NCBI RefSeq assembly: GCF_037042905.1
Contig: NC_087246.1
Span: forward strand, 682,001-746,000
Length of the DNA: 64,000 nt
Direction of reading: 5' to 3'
Source: Lytechinus pictus
Taxonomy: Eukaryota
Shown here in pieces: positions 13,070-25,762 of this stretch. Position 1 is the stretch's first letter. Each line of letters starts with the position of its first letter. The notes under the pieces are model-generated. The model had not been told where the DNA came from. It made no database searches and saw only the letters and a list, made by a program, of their open reading frames with translations. Both the position numbers and the translations under genes were made by a program.

Positions 13070-13950
13070 CCAAATCAAATGCATGATTAATTTTTAATTT
13101 TTTTATCAGGCTAAGATGTATGTATTCTCATGGTAACTTTTTAACAGAAAACATGGGAAATAGGTTCATATATGAACCCTACTCAGAACGAGATTGTTCA
13201 AGACTTGATTCATGCTCTCAAACAATCTTGCATTTAAATTACAAGATATTGACATTTCCTGGTATTTTAAGCCCTGTTTTCACAATAGAATACTTCCGAA
13301 ATTTTTCTCGATAAAATGCTTTTTAGCATTTGCATAATTTCCAAATCCAAATACTTTTCTTAACGAATACATCAACAAAAACCTTCATAATGTTTGTAAG
13401 TAACATTCATTACAAAAATCCCCCTTTTCCTGTTTTTAAACTTGAAAAGTCAGAGATATGGTCTGCACATAATATTTTGCGTAGACATTGTTAATCCATT
13501 TTGTGAAAACGGGATCAGATAGGGGGATTTGTTCAGTTCAAAGATTAATCTATTAAGTTAAAGTCCAGTAATGCCTTACCAATTAATTAAACCTGTCATT
13601 CAATATTTTGTGTTACGTGTAAGTACATATTTGTTTATGTTTTTTTAAATATATTTAGACAATGGACTATTAAGACAGCGATCTAGCATTATTATCACAT
13701 TAAACAGTGCAGGTCTACTAACAGTATAGAGGCCTAAATTGTATATGGATGGTGACAGTGTAGATTGATAGAAGGGTCGTGTTGACCAAAATGTGACGTC
13801 TCAAGGAAAAGAAAACATTATGATAAAAAAAATATCAATATATTTTGTTTCGTTAATTGATGAATGGTTCCTGCACTATACATGTATATGAATCTATTCA
13901 ATCCTTATGCCCCCTATACTGATAACTTGTGCCTTTATATTTGTTTCTAT

Positions 13951-14051
13951 CATTGGCGGCGGAGCAGAGGATTATCTTTTGTGTTTGGGGGGACGCGTAT
14001 TGTTGCGTCCCCCCCAAACACAAAAGATAATCCTCTGCTCCGCCACCAATG
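13951..14051. mobile_element. 101-bp near-perfect hairpin, hAT-like mini-MITE
   Basis: Arms 13951-13996 and 14005-14051 with an 8-nt loop; flanks gtttctat/gcttctaa resemble a decayed 8-bp TSD. Confidence 0.75.
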
Positions 14052-14197
14052 GCTTCTAATACACCATCTATAATTACTTTACCCTTGGCTTTGTATAATT
14101 TTGTTTTATGAGAGAGAAATTATAAATCTAGACAGCTGAAATCCGTCTGTTTGGAGGAGTTTTTGAAAATGTTTTTGTTACTTTTTTCTCTTAAATG

Positions 14198-14560
14198 CAC
14201 TAGCGTACCTAAGGGGGACAGACTGTCCCCATGACGAGTCACAACTCATGCAGGGGACGTATCCCTGCCCCCCCCCTGACGAGTCACAACTGATATAGGG
14301 GACCACCCCCCCTTTTGAGAAGTCAAATTAACAACAAATTTGTAATGTAAAAATGCAATAAAAACAGACGTGTACCCTCTCTTTTGAACCTGAAGACCTT
14401 TTTTTTTTGTTTTTTTTTTGCTTGTCAAATATTTTTTCTGGTAGGAAATCCTTTTTTTTTGGTTGAAGACCTTTTTTTTTTTGCTTGTCAATTTTTTGCG
14501 CGGACGAAATATCCTCCAAAAAATTTGCCCCCCTTTTGGAAAATCCTAGGTACGCCAGTG
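14198..14560. mobile_element. hAT-like MITE with perfect 8-bp TSD
   Basis: TIR cactagcgtacctaagg / cctaggtacgccagtg; TSD CTTAAATG at 14190-14197 and 14561-14568. Confidence 0.9.
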
Positions 14561-14967
14561 CTTAAATGTCCTATCCATATGGAGAGGAGGTGTCCATGCA
14601 CTGATGCACAAGTTGTATGGAAGTTTTGGAACAACCGACGAAACAGATACTGAATATTTCGGTTTATCACAAATTATGATACAGGCTATAAAAGACCGTT
14701 CATGATATATATTGATATGAAGGATTACGTTTTATGTAACATTTTTTTTTTTGACTAAAAGTTTTGTGTATATATTTTTTTCAAAGGCTCTCCTTTTTTT
14801 TCTGCGTATCTGATATCTTCAATAAAATATAAACTACATGGATATTTTTTTTCTCACAATGATTTGCTATTATAAACGAGATATGTCGGTCAAATGAGTG
14901 ACTACCCCGCCTCATCTCCTCAAAAAATATATTTTAGGACCTAAAATTTCATTGATAAGTGGTACAG

Positions 14968-15123
14968 GGGGCGTTTCATGAAAGGACTTGTCAGACGTTT
15001 TATCCGACAAGTACTGTTTTATCTGACAGATACTATGGTAACAGTGTCTCGCAGCCAATCATAGTCAAGGAAAGTTGTCAGACCTGACAACTTGTCGGAC
15101 GAAAGTGTTGATGAAATTCTTTC
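14968..15123. mobile_element. CWG-flanked MITE (degenerate)
   Basis: cag|ggggcgtttcatgaaagg ... gatgaaattctttc|cag with internal inverted gtcagac/ctgac motifs. Confidence 0.5.
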
Positions 15124-16915
15124 CAGATTACTTGTAAATTAAAGCCAACTTCCTCATTTCTTGTCGTTACGGTGCTTTAAACGTAAGAGGGCGTGGCTCT
15201 TTTTCCGGAGCTTGATCTGATCAGCTGATATCATTTTTATACCGGTATGAATTTTGGGGAATTGATAGGGTCTATCCATAACGTTATTAGTATACATCTC
15301 TATGGGTCTATCTGACAAAATTCTGAGCCTGAGCTGTGGAAACACGTATGATGGGGTATCCAAACTTCGCTCACTTTTCAAAAATATTCATCAGGCTTAA
15401 TTTTTTTACAAAATATTCATAATTTATACAAAACCAATTCAAGAAATAGTTACCACATTGACGGCAAGATCGTAAACTATAAAATCATGGACGAAAATGT
15501 AAAGTAGGTCAAGGGGATTCGCCGGTATCGCGATCTCAAAATTCTATTCCGATCGGCGAATGCGCGCTGTGCTGGAAAAGCGTTCAGAAAAAGTGTGACC
15601 TAACTTCGCGGACCAAAGTTTTTGTGGACATTTAAACAAAAACTCAAGCTCAAAAAGTGAAATATTTATATCAGATTGATGGCAAAATGCTATAGAATCG
15701 GTTAGTACCACATTTAACTCACATTTTTGATTATTTCTGCTTACAAAATGGTGATATCGTGATGCTTGTAGAGAATATCAGATTTCTTCAAAACGGGCGC
15801 TAACGGTGACAAATTTGCCGATCTTTTGCCAATGAATATTTTCATGAATACTGAACTCAGCATCCTAAAGAAACTTACACCAAAGGGTAATTTTAGGTCG
15901 CTTTTCACGTTGATGATGTCAGATTTTAAGGATATTGGCTAGTTTTTTAGATAATGACCGTCCGCGAAGTTTGGACTCACTGCCATACACTTACCGTGTT
16001 TACACTTAATCGGCTTTTGAACCGCGAGCCGATGCAGCATCGGTTTTTCCATCATAGCGTGTACACGCGAGTAACTTGCATCGGCTCGCGGTTCAGAACC
16101 GGCAATTTGCACCACCAAAGTACTAGTAGTACTAGTAGGTTCAGAACCGCGAGCCGATGCAGAATCGGCTTTTTTACTACGTAGTACGTGTAAACAGAAA
16201 GCCGATTCTGCATCGGCAATTTGTGCGCATTTCATTTACTTTACCATTGTGACGTAATTGTAAGCGCACTGATCCAGCGTTGTCTTTATTATGACGTATA
16301 TTGTTGGTGTGCGTATCATTTCCTTTGTAAAGTTGCATTAGGGTAATTTGTACTGTATTATAGTAACCTTTCCAGATTAACTGTCCGACACTTATATGAC
16401 ACGCATGTGTTGATAGTGTCTTTAATTTTTTATCAATCAATCAATCTATCATAATGTATGTATATTTTCTCGTGTTAATTTTACTGTGTATAATAAGACA
16501 TATTGTGATTGTTTTTTAATATGCAAGGGAGAGCAATTTTCATGTTGATTGGGTATCCTGTTGAAATATTGTTAATAAATAAATAAATAAATAAATAAAT
16601 AAAAATAATTATAAAATGCATGTTTTTTTAATTATATTATAGATAATGATTATTCATAAATTCGTCGATTTCTTGACAATATTTGACGTATTCTCCTCGG
16701 GGGGGGGGGGGGTACTCACAAAATAAGGCATACGGGGAAGTGTCGCTGGAATGGGTCGCATTTTGGGAAGAAATCCCTAAACATGGGGTATGGTTTTATA
16801 CTGGAAAATCCCTAAACATGGCCCCAGGATTTAGATACTGGCCTTAAACATGGGTCCATGATCCTCCAATTTTGGGTGGTAACCTTTTTTTTGCTTGTCA
16901 AATTTTAATAAATCA

Positions 16916-17070
16916 TTAAAGGTCAAGTCCACCCCACAAAAATGTTGATTTGAATAAATAGAAAAAATTAACCAAGCAAAATGCTGAAAATTTCATCAAA
17001 ATCGGATGTAAAATAAGAAAGTTATGACATTTCAAAGTTTTGTTTATTTTTCACAAAACAGTGATATGCT
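16916..17070. mobile_element. Kolobok-like (TTAA) element end fragment
   Basis: ttaa|aggtcaagtccacccc... followed by aaatttcatcaaaatcggatgtaaaataagaaagttatgacattt, a motif with related copies near 39960 and 44655. Confidence 0.5.
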
Positions 17071-17079
17071 TGTGTGTTG

Positions 17080-17122
17080 CTGCCCTCTACGTGCGTTGCG
17101 TGCAACTCGCCGCGCGCGCCGG
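17080..17122 (+). promoter_or_regulatory. Probable CpG-rich non-coding first exon of the phosphatase gene
   Basis: CpG cluster ending in donor gg|GTAAGT at 17123; matching acceptor ttttctctAG at 17433-17434, 7 nt before cacc-ATG (17442). Confidence 0.55.
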
Positions 17123-17183
17123 GTAAGTTCGCGAAACTTTTATTGTAAATATTATATGTTCAATGATGTATCAGTGTATGCAG

Positions 17184-17303
17184 TAGACCAAAAGCTTCAG
17201 TCTCTGTAAGACTGTATTTTGGTTGTTCCGCTGAACTACGGATTACAGTAAAATGTCAGAAATTGTTGAATAAATCCCCAGAAACGACGGTTATTCCTGT
17301 CTA
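17184..17303. mobile_element. 120-bp non-autonomous DNA element, TAGAC termini, 9-bp TSD
   Basis: TSD TGTATGCAG at 17175-17183 and 17304-17312; inverted copy at 60955-61083. Confidence 0.85.
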
Positions 17304-17441
17304 TGTATGCAGTTGATTTTCGCGAAGGCTAAGGCCCTAACGTTAGCCTAAAAATCATGTTCTAGAGCACGTAAGAAGATTGGGTTTTGATTTTAATCTA
17401 TTTCTGCTGAATGTGTTCAACACCTTTTCTCTAGCTGCACC

Positions 17442-20400
17442 ATGATCGAAAATGGAAATTTGCCACCGGTGACCTCGCCAGTATGGAAGGACTTGGCAAT
17501 TCCCATCGAGACACTACCAAACCTCAGGCGGGTGGACTGCCGGGGCAAGCTGTATCGGTCTTCGAGACAAGACTTGCTCAGCCGCGCTGACACCGAGAAA
17601 CTCAAAGAGTTGAGGATCCAATCTGTGATTGACTTTCGCTCCAAGTCTGAATACAAAGTTGCAAATGGGGACAAAATTTATGATCAGAATTCTGCCATTT
17701 TAGAAGTTGTTATTCCTAAAGCAAAAGGATCAGGACAGAGTACAACTACAAAACAAATTATTTCTGTGAATGTGAAGCCAGTGAAAGTGAAATCTTTGAA
17801 AGGTATCCAGAATAAGGAAATTAAGAACCTACAAACTTTGAATGATGATCATCATAGTGCAATCAATAGGAAGAGATTTCTACTGGATTTTTTCAAGCTT
17901 CACTTTGTTTGGACAGTTTTCAACCGAATTCCTCTGTATAAAAGATTATTCTCCATTCTCTACCTCATTGTGGATATTCTGTTTCGTACCCATTTCCGAT
18001 ATTTCATCCGATATTTTGCCAAAGAGACTCTCAACCCTGCTGGTTTGCTGTCAAGTTACATAGATATGATAGAACTCAGTGGCACACAGATATGTTTAGG
18101 TAAGTGGAATGAACATCCTTTGGTAAACTATGTTCATCATTTCGTTAGACCAAAATCTCCAGTCCTCAATTTTGTCATTTGATCTGCTTGAATAAATCTT
18201 GTTTCATAGGAGGAGGTGTAGTGAAGTGTGTAGAAGGAGAAACCAAAACATTAAAAACAAAAATATCCTCCAAACAGATGGATTTCAGCTGTCTACATTT
18301 ATTATAGTTTATACTTTGTAATTTTTAAGCATATACCATACCTAAAAATAAGTATTTACATGTATGCCATGCCATTAACCTGTGGAGTTCTATTCGCTAG
18401 TATGCAGCACTAGCTTTTAATATTGCTTTAGTTTGGCATGGTACCCTTAACATAATAACAGTTCCCCTTGTCTTTGCATACGCCAGTCTGTGTGATTCCA
18501 ATCAAAGAAGACATTGTCATCATTATCTGCACAGGAGTGTAGGATGTCCTGTGAGTCTCCAAGTTGTAACAATGTACATGATGTAGTGTAGATCTGCAAT
18601 TATGCATAGACAGATGTGCTTTGGAATTGCTTCTACTGGAAAAATAATACTACACAAGGCCTAGGTAGAACTTCTTTGTAGATTGAATTGAAACTTATTT
18701 CTTTGGTTTTGACTCACAGATCAGTATGAAATACATCAAACTTTGGTATCATTTGTGTCAAAAACTTTGGTATTTTTATGTAGAAATAGCAACACCTTGT
18801 TTGGGTTGAAGGTACCTCAGGCGATGTTCATGCAGGCTCCACTCCACTTCACTACCGCTACACTACGCTCAAAATTTCAAAACATCGCATGCGATCGGTC
18901 GCTGATCGATAGCGATCGCATGCGATGTTTTGAAATCGGCCGTGAATAATAAGTGTGAGGAAAAAGATACTGGCCCAAAATCACAAATTTTGAGGATAAC
19001 CGGAGGATGGACACGGAGTGAAATACGGGTGTAAAGTAAGATAAGTCATTCATATCCCTCTTTATATTTTTTTTCTTTAATTTTTACAATAACCATGATT
19101 GCCATCCCACCTTTTATGACTCGGAATATCCGATCTAGTTCACTGTCCCGATGTTCGGGTAGGTGGAGCGTAGTGTAGCGGTAGTGAAGTGGAGTGGAGC
19201 CTGCACGAACATCGCCTGAGGTAGGTTGAAGGCAATTGTTAGTGAAGGGTTTCTCAGATTGTCTTTCTATCACATGGAGTACTGTAACTTGCCATGATAT
19301 TGTTTAAATGCTTGATAATTAAATTGGCAGATAAATTACAGCACTTTTAAAACTGTAATGCACAGAAACATTGTTAGTGCTAACAGAGGTCATGTTACAA
19401 CCGATGCCTGATGTCACAACAACATGTTATTTACAGATAGAATAAACGTATTCAATCAGGAAGGTGTGACTGTTAGTACTCTGTTGGGCTAACTACATTT
19501 CTGTGCGGCCGGTACTGGTTGTTACATGGACGCCAGTAGTTGGGTTTATTTGTGATCTATTTTCTAACTCCAATATTTTTACCTTGCAGCCCTTCGTATC
19601 CTGTCTGATCCATCTAACTTACCAGCCTTGGTGAGCTGCGCACATGGAAAGGATCGAACTGGAATTGTGGTTGCCATGGTTCTTTCACTATTGGGTAAAT
19701 CTGATGACTACATTGCAGAGGAATATGCCCTTTCTGAAGTGAGTAGTTTTCACCACAATTTTTTTTTAAATATTTTGTAATCCATTATGATTTATTATAG
19801 AGGAAGGAGAAGAAGGAAGATGAAGAAGAAGAAGAGAAAGAAGGAGGAGGAGATAGAGATACAGGAGCAGTCCAGTGATTTCAAGGGATATTGATGAAAA
19901 CATTATTTAGAGTGTTTTGAAAATTCATAGTCTCATTCTATTTCTTTCTAAATATATATATCCATATATATATTTATACATATATATATGGGCCATTCCG
20001 GTTAAGACTTGGACAAAGGGGTCGAAAAATAAAGTACTCGCTAGGCTTGGTTTTTCATGTGTTTTAGATAGGCCAACACATCGGTAAACTGGTTCAGATA
20101 AGGAAAAGATAAGCTGGCATGTCTATTTCACAATATCACCTGATTTCTAAAAATGTTGGGACGTTACTCTTCCCGAGTGGACATGCATAAGAATGAATAA
20201 ATAAGGAAAATTTTCGTTGTTTTTACGCATAAAGTCGATCATAGAAGAAACTCGGAGGTGATCGAAGCACTAGTTTGCGCTGCCAAGCTCAGTAGCAAGC
20301 ACAATCTTCGATACGCCGGTATGTTGGGACGTTACTCTAAGCGATATCGAAATAAATTGCATAATTCCAAAATATGACTTGAAAGTGCCTTTAAATGACA

Positions 20401-23400
20401 AACATCTCTGATATTTGATGAAATACCAGTAAATAAAAGACAGAAACATCGAGTTTTGTGCAGCAATTCTTCGCTGTGGCGAAGACAATTCGCGTGTCCC
20501 CATTCCCAGTTGAGACGTTACGGTGCTAATGAAGGAACAAATTTTCAAAAAAAAAAGAAAAGGAAATTTTCTCGGCTTTACAAACGATGTGACTGTTTCA
20601 ACGCAAATTAATGACACGGTAACATTACGGGGGGGGGGGGGAGAATTGATAATCATAAAATTGAAATAGATAAATTCTAACGAAAGAACTAAAAGTAACT
20701 AATGAAATATAATGTATAGAATAAACAAATAAATTTGATTGAAAATAGGAACAATATCAAAATAACGTGGTTACATCCATGCAATCAATTTGTTTTTAAT
20801 GGCTGATGTATATCACTTTTCAACTTTTGGAAAAGCGCCTGATAAGAATTATTTTTATTTTTTTATAATTTAGGTTGTGAATGTTTTGATTGATTGATGC
20901 TGTGATGAAATTATGGAAAAGAGAATAATAAAAGGAAAAAAGTCTCGCGTGATGTGTCTTTTTTTTAAATAACAATTTCGTGATGAAATCCTTGAATGAA
21001 ATTGGAAAAGAAAATAATAAAAGGTAAAAAGTCTCGCGTGATGTGTCTTTAAAAAAATAATTTTGTGTCTTGTATCGTTTATAAATGCATCCTTTGACAG
21101 AATTTCTGCCCTCAATGAACCATCTTTTTTATTGCGTAGGCCTATAATGCCGATTATTCATGCTACAATGAGTTGTCAATATCAATTCAGCATTTATTTC
21201 AAATTCATTAAAAGTACTGGGTGATAAAATAATCATCAGACAAAGATCGAGAATATAACAATGAGAATAAAAATCTAATAAATTTAAACAAAAGTGATAT
21301 TATTTGTTGGCACATATTTCATACAAATTGAAAGATAATTGATAGGAAATCGGGGATGCAATAAAAAGGCAGAAAGCTTGTTAAAATGATTTCACATCAT
21401 TCTTGTCATTACGACCATTAATCGGATCTCCATTGTGCAAAATTGTTACCTTCATTGTCATTATCATCATCATCACCATCAATCATCATTATCATCACCA
21501 TCATCATCTCATCGAACTTCCGAAAGTTTTTTAAATGTTTTTTTTGGGGGAGGGGGTTATTTTGACGTTTAAAAAAAGGTGTTAAAACGTCTAAAACCTA
21601 CCACATGTTGACTTCCATAAAATGTTTACACAAAACGTCCAAAAACCAACTTGAATAGTTTTAGAACATTAAAAAATATCAATTTTGTTGGGAAGTCATC
21701 AGTTTGAGCCCCTTGTCATATCCGGATCCGCCGCATGGTACATTCAGGAACAAATGAAACCGTATAAAATATCTTTTTAGGTAGCGAACCATTAAAATAT
21801 GTTTATTCAATACATTTGTTTCAGAATCCAAAATAAAATAAAATAAAATACATTTGATTAAAGCAAGATTATAATTTTATTGTCAAAAGAGAAGAAAATG
21901 GAATTCTGTCACAATTCGAATTACAACATTGGCCACACAACATTGACATAATTTGGGCACCTAAATCCAAACCGCCGCTGATACCAGGGGTCCCAGAACG
22001 GGGGGGGGGGGGGGGGGCGCTGGGATGGCTTTATCCCATCAGAAAAAAACATCTGATTTTGATTTTTTTTTGCATGGTCGACCACCCCCCCGACTTTCAT
22101 CCCGTTTCGCAGCCCTCGATGTCAAAAAATTTAGCCGCCACTTTCCAAAAATCCTGAATTTTATATGAGACATTGTGGAATATTAAAAAGAATAAATAAC
22201 GTCTTAAAAGGACACTTGTCACATCGTGCATCGCTTGATACTGTATGCCTAAATTAACTTTTTTTTTCAACTCTTGAATACTAGTTTATTGCGAGGTAAA
22301 ACAAATGAAAATAAAGACAATTTCAAGCATTATTAAAATTATATATGCGACACATTTTTGGCAATGTCCATCGTCAAAGTCGTAACGTCTAATTTGTAGT
22401 TTTTATATCTTTCGATTGTTTTTTTTAATTCTAGAACAGAAAATCAAAGTTGCTTGAAAGCACTATTTCATGAATTCATGTGAATAAAACAACCACCTAA
22501 ATCTAAAGAATCACCAGCAACAAATTATGGTGTAAAAGTCGTGCGACGTTACGGAAGACATTGTCGTTTAAAATCATAACGTCTGAAGTAAAGAGAGCAG
22601 CCATAAACATCACATACGGTGATCACTTTATAAACGTAAAGCCTGATTGTGATTTAAACGTTTTTTCTGAGAACGATTAGAAGATTTTGATATGTTTTTG
22701 AAATAAATATAAAACTAAATATGGTAAAATACATAATTGTTACGAGGACGTTATTGCGGACATTTAATTCTACAGTGTCCTCATGGAGATCATAACGTCT
22801 AGTCTGTTCTAGTGCCTTTTACATCATTTTGTTTACATGTAAAATTTATAAAACCTTTTTAAGTGTCTCGGAAGGTATGGGCAGTCGTAAGATTTATTAT
22901 GGAAATACACATTTTATCTATAAAAGAGTAGATAATGTACGATGTGCCGTTTTTACAATTTGGACGTCATTGGATAAAATATTGGACATGTCTTTGTGAT
23001 TCAGAATAACGTCCTAGCGAAGGTGAAGCATGGCAAAAAGGTAAGAAAACTTCTTGCTTTATTTTGCAGCATTATGAAGAATAAGAATTCGATAATCTTG
23101 CCAACTAGATATGATTGTAGATCAGAATTAAATAAAAGTATCGATTATGCATGTAAGTAAACTTTTTTAGTTTGAGACGCGACGGTGGACACCCTCAAAT
23201 CATGTCCACATCAAATGAGTAACGTCGTCATGATATCTATATAATTGTCCGGATTATCTCCTTAACTATATATATTTTTTTTATTTGTTTGTTCAGAATG
23301 AAACTCCCAACAAGACTACGTCTCTTGATTACTACATTCCCGGCCATTTTTAGAATTACGTAGATTTTTCCTTAATATTTGTAATAATCATCAATATTTA

Positions 23401-25438
23401 GGTCGTCGTAATTTGATAACATATATTCAAGTAAATGCAAATTATATTCTAATAAAGAAAGAAAATCATTGGATATCTTTACAAATACGTTTAGAAATGA
23501 GGGTAGTACGGAAAAATATCACTAATCAATCAACACACCGCGACAAAATACGAGAAATCAACACCAAAACATAACAATCACCCAAGACAAAGCACGAAAG
23601 TTTAGACGTTACGGCAAACATATTGAAGGGACGGACATGCTTTTTTTCTCCCTGGGACTACGTGACTGAAAACACACATGGAAAATTTTGTATGTGTATG
23701 AACAGGGTTGACCGGCGCACGTGCTCAAGAACTTTTGAGATGAATCTCGTATCGTGTGTGTGGTAGAAACTTGAAAGTTGGGACGTTACGAAGGGGACGG
23801 ACAAAAATATCAGATTTTTGAAAGTACATTTTCATATCTCTCGTACATGGAATATCTGATCATACCATATGGGATTGAAAGAGTCCTCATGAGTGTATAA
23901 TATGATAAGGTTAAGAAAGACAAGATGATTTACAGGCTCGATATAATAAGAGATTAATGAATCTAATATCAGGGGACGGACATGGTAACGTCTCAATACT
24001 AGTTTTTCAAACGGCAATATTTCTGAAACGTAAAACATGTCAACAATTTAGTTGGAATTATCAACAAACATACACATCAGACTTCTTTATGGTAATCCAA
24101 CTCCATCACGTTTGTCTTTAATTTTGTTTTATTCCAGTTTGTTTAAGTATATATTCTGTTTGTCCAAATTTTCAGTACATTTTTGGGGAGAAATTCATAC
24201 TTAAATCGTAAAATTCTCAACAATGAAAAAAATTTCCGTCTTGAAGTTATCACTGCTATCTCTACAGGACTGGTGAATAATAATTCACTCACTACAAATT
24301 TCTTATGTTGATATATATTTTTGGGGGAGGGGCTCGATTTTGACCTTGCCGTTTTCTCTCCTTAACCGGAATGGCCCATATATATATATATATATTTTTT
24401 TTTTTTTGGGGGGGGGTTACTGGAACTGAATTCTACATATTTCTACCTTGTAATTTATTAACAACTGTTTTCTACTTTTTTATGCACAAAGATTGGATTG
24501 GATCCTATAAGGCCTAGAGTTCATCAAGAAATAGTAGGGCGAACGAGAATGGATGAATCCTTTACACATGCTAGAAGAGAAACCATGGATGGTCTGCTTC
24601 AATACATTCATAAAACGTAAGTTCAATGCACTCTAGGCACACCTTCCCCTCAATTTGTTACAGGGTAATTGTTCTTTTTTGCTTTTAAATTTGAAATAAA
24701 AATGTGCCTCCTGGTAAATCCTGTACCCACTCCTGATTCCTCCTGCAACCTCAATTACAGGTCCTGGGCCTTGTCGATAAATTGAATGGGATTCCATAGA
24801 CCTAAACTAATTGATTGTATCTTTTATTTCACAGGGCCTCGGTTGATAATTTTTTTTTTTTTTTTAATAACGATCAGATACACATATACACATAGCCCAC
24901 TTGCAAGAAAAAGTGAAGTGTGATTCATGATTATCAAAATGAAATATGTAATAGAATCATACTCACTTTGAAATAATCCCTGATTACATTGTATGGCCGG
25001 CCACAGGATACCCCATTTTGTACAACTCAGAACTCAATTTTTGATTCACTAATGGTGACCTTTGTGCTGAAATAGATTCTCATTAATTTTTTTTTTCCCA
25101 ACAGCTAAAGTTGAAATTCATTCTGTTTAGATTAAATGCAAATTTATTTTATTTGTCAAGAGTTCACTCCAATGATAAGGCGTAAAGTAATGCATAACTT
25201 ATGAAACGGCCCACTGGTCTAGTATTCATGCTTTCTCAGCAGTCAGATACCAAGGTATACATTGGGAAGATTCTAAAATACAGGTATACGTATATAATGA
25301 CTCTGAAGTTAATAAACTTCTAACCATTAACCATCTCTTTGTTTCTCTATCAGATACGGCAGTGTTCCCAACTATCTTGAATCCATTGGGTTTGGAAAAG
25401 AAGATCAGAAGAAATTACTTCAATCTTTTCAGGAATGA
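17442..25438 (+). CDS. Tyrosine/lipid phosphatase of the MptpB/IphP (Y_phosphatase3) family, 338 aa
   Basis: Exons 17442-18099, 19590-19738, 24492-24616, 25354-25438 (GT-AG, phases 1/0/2, total 1017 nt in frame). Motifs: NLRRV..RGKLYRSS, SVIDFRSKSE, P-loop LVSCAHGKDRTG, EEYALSE, C-terminal YGSVPNYLESIGF. Confidence 0.88.
18813..19223. mobile_element. MITE with long TIRs and 9-bp TSD (Mutator- or Academ-like)
   Basis: TIR tacctcaggcgatgttc.tgcaggctccactccacttcactaccgctacactacgctc; TSD GGTTGAAGG at 18804-18812 and 19224-19232. Confidence 0.9.
19990..24377. mobile_element. 4.4-kb non-autonomous TIR DNA transposon inserted in a (TA)n tract, phosphatase intron 2
   Basis: 17-bp TIR GGGCCATTCCGGTTAAG / CTTAACCGGAATGGCCC, TA repeats on both sides, many internal GACGTTA(C) motifs, no long ORF. 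Confidence 0.8.
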
Positions 25439-25585
25439 TTGCAGACAATGCTGCCCAGATTAGGGCCCTGTTAAATACAGCTTGGTAATTAATCTTGGTT
25501 TGATTTCTAGGATTGATTGCATTGATTATTGTGTATGATCAATTGTAAAAACCAGTCCCACAACCTGTCGCTATGTTACATGGTC

Positions 25586-25762
25586 CTGGGGCCGTTTCAT
25601 AAAGCTGTTCGTAAGTTAAGAGGGACTTTAAGAACGACTGGTGATCCTCTCTTGCGCGCTAAATCATCGCCAATGGTGTGTATCATTTACAACAAGAAAG
25701 GATCACCAGTCGTTCTTAAAGTCGCTCTTGACTTACGAACAGCTTTATGAAACACCCGCCTG
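25586..25762. mobile_element. CWG-flanked MITE in the probable 3' UTR of the phosphatase gene
   Basis: ctg|gggccgtttcataaagctgttcgtaag ... cttacgaacagctttatgaaacacccgc|ctg; same family as 8775-8916. Confidence 0.8.

Noticed and set aside
15939..16235. ORFs over a CpG-rich repeated segment
   Set aside because: Internal direct and inverted repeats (gaaccgcgagccgatgcag; gtttacac/gtgtaaac) indicate a MITE fragment; ends and TSD could not be defined
20270..24038. Transposase remnants inside the 4.4-kb element
   Set aside because: Only short ORFs (128 aa or less) with no DDE-like or DNA-binding motif recognisable by eye
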